Shown one piece after another: positions 26,054 to 32,000 of a DNA stretch of 32,000 nucleotides (position 1 is the stretch's first letter; each line of letters opens with the position of its first letter). Made by a program: the position numbers and the translations under genes. The DNA is taken from positions 780,001 through 812,000 of the forward strand of contig NC_013202.1 in NCBI RefSeq assembly GCF_000023965.1, written 5' to 3'. Origin of the DNA: Halomicrobium mukohataei DSM 12286 (GTDB taxonomy: Archaea; Halobacteriota; Halobacteria; Halobacteriales; Haloarculaceae). The notes beneath the pieces are model-generated. The model was not told the origin of the DNA. It searched no databases and saw nothing but the letters and a program-made list of their open reading frames with translations.

Positions 26054-26150
26054 CTCGTTCGGTCGTGCCGACCTTGGCCGCTGCTTCGTACAGGACTGCG
26101 ACGACGAGCAGCGCCACGAGTACTCGGAGAGCGTTCTTGTGTCCGATCAT
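26037..26150 (-). CDS. Single-TM microprotein (37 aa), first gene of the NTPase cassette
   Basis: Internal ATG of track ORF 26037..26261: MIGHKNALRVLVALLVVAVLYEAAAKVGTTERGERVA. Its stop lies 17 nt inside the next ORF. Confidence 0.4.
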   Translation of the reverse strand: MIGHKNALRVLVALLVVAVLYEAAAKVGTTERGERVA

Positions 26151-26265
26151 GAGTTTACTGGACTGGGACTCCCCAGGAGACGACCGTCGCGATAAACGCC
26201 AGCTGCATTCCGAGCGGCGTGTCGGCAGCCACGCGTCAGACGATCGTTCGGTCCGGCCCACGTCC

Positions 26266-26286
26266 TTCGGTTACACTTTCACTCCG
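26266..26286 (-). repeat. Right arm of the 21-bp imperfect inverted repeat
   Basis: Plus strand reads ttcggttacactttcactccg, the partner of 21931..21951. Confidence 0.45.
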
Positions 26287-26438
26287 CTTTCATCGCTTTT
26301 AACCCATCTCGTGTCCTTGGATCACTCGCGCACCCTCCATCGGTGGTGGGCACCATCCATTTCGTTCCCCTTTCCCGAACGTCGCCCAGCGACAGCTGTC
26401 GCGCCAACAGTAACAAGCACCGGGGTGTAACTGCCGGT

Positions 26439-27650
26439 ATGCTCGCTTTCGATGACGTGCTGGCCGCCCGCGATCGCGTCGCCGAGACGGCTCGACACAC
26501 CCCGCTCGACTACTCGCACACCTTCTCGTCGATGACGGGCGCAGACGTACACCTCAAGCTCGAACTGTTCCAGCGGACCGGCTCGTTCAAGATCCGCGGC
26601 GCGACCAACCGGATCGCGACACTGTCGGAGGGAGAACGCGAGGCGGGCGTCGTCACCGCCAGCGCGGGCAACCACGCCCAGGGCGTGGCGCTGGCGGCGA
26701 CCCGTATCGGCGTCGATTCGACGATCGTCATGCCCGAACGCGCCCCCGTCTCGAAGGTCCAGGCCACCGAAAGTTACGGTGGGAACGTGGTCCTCCACGG
26801 GCGAGACTACGACGCGGCCGCCCAGAAGGCCCACGAGATCGAGCGCGAGTCCGGCCGGACCTACGTCCACGCCTTCGACGACGAGATGGTGATGGCCGGC
26901 CAGGGGACGATCGGACTGGAGATCTACGAGGACCTGCCCGGCGTCGACACCGTCGTCGTCCCCATCGGCGGCGGCGGCCTCATCAGCGGGATCGCGACGG
27001 CGCTGAAGGGCCAGGACGACGACGTGCGCGTGATCGGCGTGCAGGCAGACGGGGCGTCCAGCGTCGCCGAGTCCCTGAAGAAGGGCCACCGGATCGAACG
27101 CGATTCGGTCCAGACGATCGCCGACGGGATCGCGACCCGGACCATCGGCGACCGGACGTTCGAGGTGATCGAAGAGCGCGTCGACGAGGTCGTCACCGTC
27201 ACCGATCCGGAGATCGCCGTCGCGCTGACGACGCTGCTGGAGCGGTCGAAGACGCTGGCCGAGGGAGCGGGCGCGGTCCCGCTTGCGGCCCTGCTCGAAG
27301 GGAAGTTCGACTACGAGGACGACGAGACGATCGTTCCGACGCTCTGTGGGGGCAACATCGACCTGAACACGCTGACGAACGTCATCATGCGAGGGCTGGT
27401 CGAGACCGGGCGGTACTGCAAGATCAGGACCGTCCTGGAGGATCGGCCGGGCTCGCTGGAGGAACTGGTCGAGGTGCTGTCGGCGGCCCAGGTCAACGTC
27501 TACGGCATCGAGCACGACCGGACCTCGCGGGACATCGCCATGAACGACGCCGAGGTCGAGTTGGACTTGGAGACGCGGGGGCCGGACCACGTCGCGGAGC
27601 TGCTCGATCGGCTCGAAGACGCGGGCTTCGAGGTCGAAGTCCTGGTGTAG
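26439..27650 (+). CDS. ilvA: Threonine ammonia-lyase (threonine dehydratase) with C-terminal ACT-like domain
   Basis: PLP-lysine box SFKIRGA and glycine loop PIGGGGLISG. Start placed at the ATG (MLAFDDVL). 403 aa. Confidence 0.9.
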   Translation: MLAFDDVLAARDRVAETARHTPLDYSHTFSSMTGADVHLKLELFQRTGSFKIRGATNRIATLSEGEREAGVVTASAGNHAQGVALAATRIGVDSTIVMPERAPVSKVQATESYGGNVVLHGRDYDAAAQKAHEIERESGRTYVHAFDDEMVMAGQGTIGLEIYEDLPGVDTVVVPIGGGGLISGIATALKGQDDDVRVIGVQADGASSVAESLKKGHRIERDSVQTIADGIATRTIGDRTFEVIEERVDEVVTVTDPEIAVALTTLLERSKTLAEGAGAVPLAALLEGKFDYEDDETIVPTLCGGNIDLNTLTNVIMRGLVETGRYCKIRTVLEDRPGSLEELVEVLSAAQVNVYGIEHDRTSRDIAMNDAEVELDLETRGPDHVAELLDRLEDAGFEVEVLV

Positions 27651-27689
27651 CGCCCCACATTTATGCCCTCGCCGGTCGCGCGTTGACGT

Positions 27690-28067
27690 ATGAAACGGAT
27701 TGTCAGTACCGACGCCGCCCCCGCCGCGGTCGGAGCGTACAGTCAGGCCACGACGACCGACGACCTCGTCTTTACGGCCGGACAGATCCCGCTGACTCCC
27801 GAGGGCGACCTGCTCGACGAGGCCGCCATCGACGTACAGGCCCAGCAGGCCCTCGAAAACGTCGAGGCCATCCTGGAGTCGTCGGGCACGAGCCTCGACA
27901 ACGTCCTGAAGGTGACGGTGTACCTCGACGACATCGACGACTTCGAGGCGATGGACGACGCCTACGAGAGCTTCTTCGAGAGCGAGCCGCCGGCCCGCAG
28001 CGCCGTCGGCGTCGACGAACTCCCGAAGGGCGTCGGCGTCGAGATCGAGGCGATTGCGACGAAGTAA
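27690..28067 (+). CDS. ridA: RidA/YjgF/L-PSP family enamine/imine deaminase
   Basis: AAPAAVGAYSQA, AGQIPL and a C-terminal LPKGVGVEIEAIA. 125 aa. Confidence 0.9.
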   Translation: MKRIVSTDAAPAAVGAYSQATTTDDLVFTAGQIPLTPEGDLLDEAAIDVQAQQALENVEAILESSGTSLDNVLKVTVYLDDIDDFEAMDDAYESFFESEPPARSAVGVDELPKGVGVEIEAIATK

Positions 28068-28092
28068 AGGCTGACCGGCCCACAGCGTCGGT

Positions 28093-28317
28093 ATGGACGA
28101 TCGCACCAGAGAGAGCCTGCTGTGGGGGGTCGTCGGAACGCTGTCCTTTCTCGTACTCGTCCAGGGCTACGAGCTACTCGCCGCCGCCACGGTGACCGTC
28201 GGCGTCAAGGCCGGCGTCGCCCTGATGGTCGGCGTCACCACCACGGCAGTGACGACCGTCGCCCGCGATCGACTCCTCGACGCCCGGCGTCGCCCAACCG
28301 AGAACGAAAGCCCTTAA
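28093..28317 (+). CDS. Small two-TM membrane protein (74 aa)
   Basis: MDDRTRESLLWGVVGTLSFLVLVQGYELL...VALMVGVTTTAVTTV, with high-GC codon usage. Confidence 0.5.
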   Translation: MDDRTRESLLWGVVGTLSFLVLVQGYELLAAATVTVGVKAGVALMVGVTTTAVTTVARDRLLDARRRPTENESP

Positions 28318-28345
28318 TCACCCGCCCGCCGACGTTTCGATGCGT

Positions 28346-28427
28346 GCCAGGATGGCCGAACGGTAAGGCGCACGCCTGGAAAGCGTGTTCCCTTTCGGGA
28401 TTCTGGGTTCAAATCCCAGTCCTGGCG
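28346..28427 (+). tRNA. tRNA-Ser (anticodon GGA)
   Basis: Hand-folded cloverleaf. Acceptor gccagga/tcctggc, D arm gcc-gaacggtaa-ggc, anticodon arm cacgc-ctGGAaa-gcgtg, long variable arm tccc-tttc-ggga, T arm ctggg-ttcaaat-cccag, discriminator g. No encoded CCA. Confidence 0.85.
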
Positions 28428-28462
28428 TGATTCTGCCGCGAGCAAACTCGCGAGCGGCGACT
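28402..28462 (+). repeat. Direct repeat copy 1: tRNA-Ser T-arm and acceptor plus 35 nt downstream
   Basis: tctgggttcaaatcccagtcctggcgtgattctgccgcgagcaaactcgcgagcggCgact matches 28548..28608 at 60 of 61 positions. Confidence 0.9.
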
Positions 28463-28463
28463 C

Positions 28464-28488
28464 TCCCATCGAGAGGATTTGAACCCCT
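28464..28488 (-). pseudogene. tRNA 3'-fragment-like sequence (T-arm plus acceptor strand) in inverse orientation
   Basis: The minus strand reads aggggttcaaatcctctcgatggga, a T-arm (one G-U pair) with a TTCAAAT loop and a 7-nt acceptor strand. No matching 5' half could be folded. Confidence 0.3.
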
Positions 28489-28547
28489 GGAAGTCGCAGC
28501 CCCGGAACGGCCGAGCGAAGTGAGGCCGCATGCCCGGACCGTCTTCC

Positions 28548-28608
28548 TCTGGGTTCAAATCCCAGTCCTGGCGTGATTCTGCCGCGAGCAAACTCGCGAG
28601 CGGTGACT
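28548..28608 (+). repeat. Direct repeat copy 2 (att-like duplicate of the tRNA-Ser 3' end)
   Basis: Same 61-nt sequence with one C to T change. It lacks the 5' two-thirds of the tRNA. Confidence 0.9.
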
Positions 28609-28641
28609 GTCTAAACGTGGGCGAAAAAACTGAACGCCCGT

Positions 28642-29778
28642 CTATCGCTCGTCGAGGGGGACGAACGTCTGATCCGTCGGGCCGACGTAGCGAGCGCGGG
28701 GCCGGATCAGACGGTTGTTCTCGTACTGTTCGAGGACGTGGGCCGTCCAGCCGCCGACGCGGGACATCGCGAAGATGGGAGTGTAGATGTCGATGGGGAT
28801 CCCCATCTGGTAGTACGTCGAGGCCGAGTAGAAGTCGACGTTCGGGGCCAGCCCCTTCTCCGCTTTGAGGTAGTCCTCGATGGCGGTGGACATCTCGTAC
28901 CACTTGAGCGAGCCGGCGGCCTCCCCCAGTTCCTTCGAGCGCTGGCTGAGGATCTTCGCACGGGGGTCCTTGACGTTGTAGACGCGGTGGCCGAAGCCGG
29001 AGACGCGCCGTCCCTCGTCGAGTGCCGTCTTCACCCAGTCGATCGGGTCCTGCTGGGCGTCGTCGACCTCCTTGAGCATCTCCATGACGTCCTGGTTCGC
29101 GCCGCCGTGGAGCGATCCCTTCAGGGTGCCGATCGCGGAGGTGATCGCGCTGTGGAGATCCGACAGCGTCGAGGCCGTGACCATGGCCGAGAACGTCGAG
29201 GCGTTGATGCCGTGGTCGGCGTGGAGCACGAGCGCCATGTCGAACGTCTCGGCGAGCACCTCGTCCGGTGCCTCGCCGTTGAGCATGTAGAGGAAGTTCG
29301 CGGCGTGCGAGAGGTCTTCCCGCGGTTCGACGGCGTCCTGTCCGTCACGGAACCGGGCGAAGGCAGCCAGCACGGTCGGGATCTTGGCGGTGATCCGGCG
29401 ACCTTTCCGGAGGTTGGCGTCGAGGTCGGTCGGGTCGGTTTCGGCGTCGGGATCGTGCGAGGACAGCATCGAGACCGCCGTTCGGAGCGCGGCCATCGGA
29501 TTCTCGTCGGCGTCGGCGAGCTGCTCGACGGTCTGCATGACGTCGTCGTCGACGTGTCGCTCCTCGACCATCGCGTCGGTGAACTCGTCGAGCTCCGCTG
29601 CGTTCGGGAGGTGACCGTGCCAGAGGAGATACAGGACCTCCTCGAAGCTTGCGCCGGTCGCCAGGTCCTCGATCGTGTAGCCACGATAGACGAGTTTGCC
29701 CGCGTCACCGTCGATCTTGCTGAGCTCCGACTCGGTAACGAGGACACCCTCCAGACCTTGCTTGAGGTCGTCGGACAT
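28642..29778 (-). CDS. citZ: Citrate synthase
   Basis: GFGHRVY and LHADHG motifs. Start placed at MSDDLKQGLEGV (378 aa), since the track's longer N-terminus is an R-rich extension. Confidence 0.9.
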   Translation of the reverse strand: MSDDLKQGLEGVLVTESELSKIDGDAGKLVYRGYTIEDLATGASFEEVLYLLWHGHLPNAAELDEFTDAMVEERHVDDDVMQTVEQLADADENPMAALRTAVSMLSSHDPDAETDPTDLDANLRKGRRITAKIPTVLAAFARFRDGQDAVEPREDLSHAANFLYMLNGEAPDEVLAETFDMALVLHADHGINASTFSAMVTASTLSDLHSAITSAIGTLKGSLHGGANQDVMEMLKEVDDAQQDPIDWVKTALDEGRRVSGFGHRVYNVKDPRAKILSQRSKELGEAAGSLKWYEMSTAIEDYLKAEKGLAPNVDFYSASTYYQMGIPIDIYTPIFAMSRVGGWTAHVLEQYENNRLIRPRARYVGPTDQTFVPLDER

Positions 29779-30001
29779 ACGCAGAGAGTTTTTTACCTGC
29801 CGGGAAAAACATTGTCTTTCTGTGCGTCGCTTGCCCCGGTCTGTGGGGGAGATTTTTGAACGTTTAGCCATCGATCGGGTCGACAGTGGACGATCGTTCC
29901 GACCACCGGACAGAGTTCGACAGAACGGTGATTCGGAGCGGCCGACTCGGCGAGGCCGACACGGCGAATAGCTTTTGGCCGCCCCCCGCGCAGGTGGAGA
30001 C

Positions 30002-31219
30002 ATGTCGACCGAGGTGGCCTACGAGCCGGTCAGCGTCAAGGCGGTGCTGGCCGAGATGAAAGACACCGCCGAGCTGTTGATCGATCTCTCGTACTCGGCG
30101 GTGTTGCTGGGCAGCGACGAGGTCGCCGCGGAAGTGCTCGAACTCGAAGAGCGGATGGACGTGTTGCAGTTGCGCGCCCGGATGAGTCTGCTCATGGCCG
30201 CCCGGAACACGGAAGACGCCGAGGCGCTGGCTCCCGTGCTGGGGATGGTCGGAGCCGCGGAGAAGATCTCCGATGCGGCCGGCGACATCGCCAAGGTCGT
30301 GCTCGAAGACATCGGCCTGCCGGAGGCGATGCGGGCCACCCTCCCGGAGGCCGTCGAGACGATCGTCCGTGCGACCGTCGCGCCGGGGTCGCGACTCGCC
30401 GACGAGACGCTGGGCGACCTCAACCTCGAAACGGAGACCGGCGTCCGCGCCATCGCGGTCCGGCGGGCCGGCGACTGGCTCCTCAACCCCGACGCCGAGA
30501 CGACCGTCGCGGCCGGCGACGTGGTGCTCTTTCGCGGCCCGGACGACGGAATCGGCGCGGTGTATCGGGACGCGACCGGCGAGGGCTACGAGCCACCGGC
30601 ACCGCCCGAGAGCGACATCGAGGACCTGGAGCGGGCCGTCGACTCGATCGTGCTGATGAAGGACATGGGCGAGCTGGCCGTCGATCTGGCCTACGGCGCG
30701 GTGCTGTTCGACGACACGGATCTGGCCGAGGAGGTCGTCGAACTCGAAGCCGAGGTCGACGCCCTCCAGTCCCGGTTCGAGGCCTGGACGCTCCAGGCGG
30801 CCGGTCGCCACGACGACCCGATCTCGCTGCGCGGGCTCGTCCACCTGGCCCGGGCGACGGAGGTGATCTCCGACGCCGCACTGGAGATCAGCGAGGGCGT
30901 CTTGCGGGGCCTCTCGACACATCCCGTCGTCGCCGAGGCGGTCCGAGAGTCCGACGAGGTGATCGTCAGCGTCCCGGTCGCGGCCGACAGTGCCCTCGAC
31001 GGCACCACGATCGGACGACGGCAGGTCAAGACGGAGACGGGAATGCGGATCATCGCCGTTCGCCACGCTGGCGCGAGCGACCGGACCGGACGCGAGGGGG
31101 GCGACTGGGAGGTGTCACCGGGGCCGGAGACGACGCTCGAAGCCGGCGACGTACTGATCGCGAAGGGGACGCGCAGCGGTGCCGAGCGGTTCGGGGCGCT
31201 GGCCGGCCAGCGCGACTAG
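30002..31219 (+). CDS. PhoU-like / TrkA-C (RCK_C) domain protein, internally duplicated
   Basis: Two halves, each with a PhoU-like helical region (LIDLSYSAVL / AVDLAYGAVL) followed by a TrkA-C-like segment (LGDLNLETETGVRAIAVRR / IGRRQVKTETGMRIIAVRH). Start placed at MSTEVAYEP. Confidence 0.75.
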   Translation: MSTEVAYEPVSVKAVLAEMKDTAELLIDLSYSAVLLGSDEVAAEVLELEERMDVLQLRARMSLLMAARNTEDAEALAPVLGMVGAAEKISDAAGDIAKVVLEDIGLPEAMRATLPEAVETIVRATVAPGSRLADETLGDLNLETETGVRAIAVRRAGDWLLNPDAETTVAAGDVVLFRGPDDGIGAVYRDATGEGYEPPAPPESDIEDLERAVDSIVLMKDMGELAVDLAYGAVLFDDTDLAEEVVELEAEVDALQSRFEAWTLQAAGRHDDPISLRGLVHLARATEVISDAALEISEGVLRGLSTHPVVAEAVRESDEVIVSVPVAADSALDGTTIGRRQVKTETGMRIIAVRHAGASDRTGREGGDWEVSPGPETTLEAGDVLIAKGTRSGAERFGALAGQRD

Positions 31220-31473
31220 AGCGACCGGATCTGGCGGATCGCCGAGCCGGCGACGAACACCGCAGTGATGAGCCCGCCCAGCGAGACGAACAGGACGAAC
31301 GCCAGCCCGGCGTACAGCACCGCCGGCCGCTGGGCTCCGGGGATGACGACGAAGAAGGCGAAGACCGCCGCTGTGAGCAGCGCTGCCAGGAAGAAGCCGC
31401 GCTTGGCGTGAGTCGGGACGTTCAGCGCTGCCACGAGCGCGCCGGGGCCGGTGTCGGGCTGACTCTCTGACAC
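31216..31473 (-). CDS. Small two-TM membrane protein (85 aa)
   Basis: Hydrophobic ORF whose stop overlaps the upstream gene's stop by 4 nt (convergent). Confidence 0.5.
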   Translation of the reverse strand: MSESQPDTGPGALVAALNVPTHAKRGFFLAALLTAAVFAFFVVIPGAQRPAVLYAGLAFVLFVSLGGLITAVFVAGSAIRQIRSL

Positions 31474-31595
31474 GGCACTCCCTTGGGACGGCCCGAATAA
31501 GGAGCCGTCGGTTCAGCCCAGCCCGCGACCGCGAGCGGGTTCGCTACGGCGCGAATCCGAACCAGTAAAAGTCCCGGCCACTCAAAGTCGTTCAA

Positions 31596-32000
31596 ATGGT
31601 TACCCTCGGGACGGCGACGGCCCAGCCGGGCGAGACGGACACGGGACGGCTGGCAGTCGGCGAAACACGGGACGGAAGCGAGGTCGGGCTGCCGGTCGCC
31701 GTCGTCAACGGGGCCGACGACGGCAAGACGCTGTACCTCCAGGCCGCGAGCGACGGCGACGAACTCAACGGCGTCGGCGTCGTCCAGCGGGTCGTCCCAC
31801 GGCTCGATCCCGCCGAGATCTCCGGAACGATTCTGGTCGTCGGGATCGTCAACTACCACGCCTTCCAGGTGGCAGAGCACCGGAACCCGATCGACGACAC
31901 GAAGATGAACCGGGCGTACCCGGGCAACGACGAGGGCACGTCCTCGGAGCGGATCGCCGCGGCGACGTTCGACGCCGCCACGCGAGCGGATCTCGTGGTC
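31596..32000 (+). CDS. Succinylglutamate desuccinylase/aspartoacylase (AstE/AspA, M14-like) family protein, 3' end outside the window
   Basis: Absent from the track because it has no stop in the window. Hand translation: MVTLGTATAQPGETDTGRLAVGETRDGSEVGLPVAVVNGADDGKTLYLQAASDGDELNGVGVV...MNRAYPG. The family call rests on recalled family pattern only. Confidence 0.5.
   Translation, partial: MVTLGTATAQPGETDTGRLAVGETRDGSEVGLPVAVVNGADDGKTLYLQAASDGDELNGVGVVQRVVPRLDPAEISGTILVVGIVNYHAFQVAEHRNPIDDTKMNRAYPGNDEGTSSERIAAATFDAATRADLVV

Noticed and set aside
26322-28106. 594-aa antisense ORF spanning ilvA and ridA
   Set aside because: It crosses two well-supported genes and their intergenic gap on the opposite strand, with R/D/G/V-rich composition.
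28458-28547. Possible second complete tRNA on the minus strand between the two att-like repeats
   Set aside because: Only a T-arm plus acceptor strand can be folded. No anticodon arm or matching 5' acceptor strand is present, so it is kept only as a fragment.
28409-28903. 164-aa minus ORF and 28385..28576 / 28530..28868 plus ORFs across the tRNA region
   Set aside because: They overlap the tRNA, its duplicated 3' end and the 3' end of citrate synthase, so they are not credible as coding.
29864-31066. 400-aa antisense ORF over the PhoU/TrkA-C gene; likewise 5534..6553 over orc1, 2849..3850 over oapA/oapB and 8180..8794 over polD1
   Set aside because: All are mirror-frame ORFs of confidently identified genes with no motifs of their own.
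1-32000. Scan for CRISPR arrays, rRNA genes, IS transposases and integrases
   Set aside because: I found no regularly spaced repeat array, no rRNA-like sequence, and no ORF with DDE, tyrosine-recombinase or serine-recombinase hallmarks. The islands are therefore described as remnants or non-autonomous.

Overview
High-GC haloarchaeal (class Halobacteria) chromosomal segment centred on the main replication origin. Core genes by hand count are roughly 65-72% GC and encode acidic proteins. The backbone is the oapC-oapB-oapA operon, an oriC1-type origin (inverted ORB repeats with G-strings around an AT-rich unwinding element), then orc1/cdc6, sec11 signal peptidase and the PolD small subunit. Further housekeeping genes follow: metY, serB, XPD/Rad3 helicase, CDF transporter, metallophosphoesterase, ArsR-like regulator, M29 aminopeptidase, ilvA-ridA, tRNA-Ser(GGA), citrate synthase, a PhoU/TrkA-C protein and a partial AstE/AspA-family gene. 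Low-GC accessory DNA interrupts this backbone at several places. (1) 835..2135 carries a Tat-signal secreted protein. (2) A ~2 kb AT-rich insertion lies in the 3' end of the XPD gene, flanked by 33-bp direct repeats that rebuild the helicase C-terminus. (3) A small low-GC membrane gene sits at 16.2-16.7 kb. (4) A ~5.8 kb mosaic island at 20.5-26.3 kb is the most interesting part. It holds a PD-(D/E)xK-like nuclease with internal repeats and a zinc-ribbon microprotein. It also holds an extremely AT-rich block of membrane proteins and a Tat-secreted plus Cys-rich tail-anchored pair. Finally it holds a cassette of three overlapping genes, apparently translationally coupled (micro-TM protein, 2-TM protein, P-loop NTPase), with no function I can assign. 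A 19/21 inverted repeat brackets 21931..26286. The 3' part of tRNA-Ser is duplicated 146 bp downstream, which looks like an att-site scar. I found no CRISPR array, rRNA gene, transposase or integrase. The long antisense ORFs in the track are treated as high-GC artefacts.
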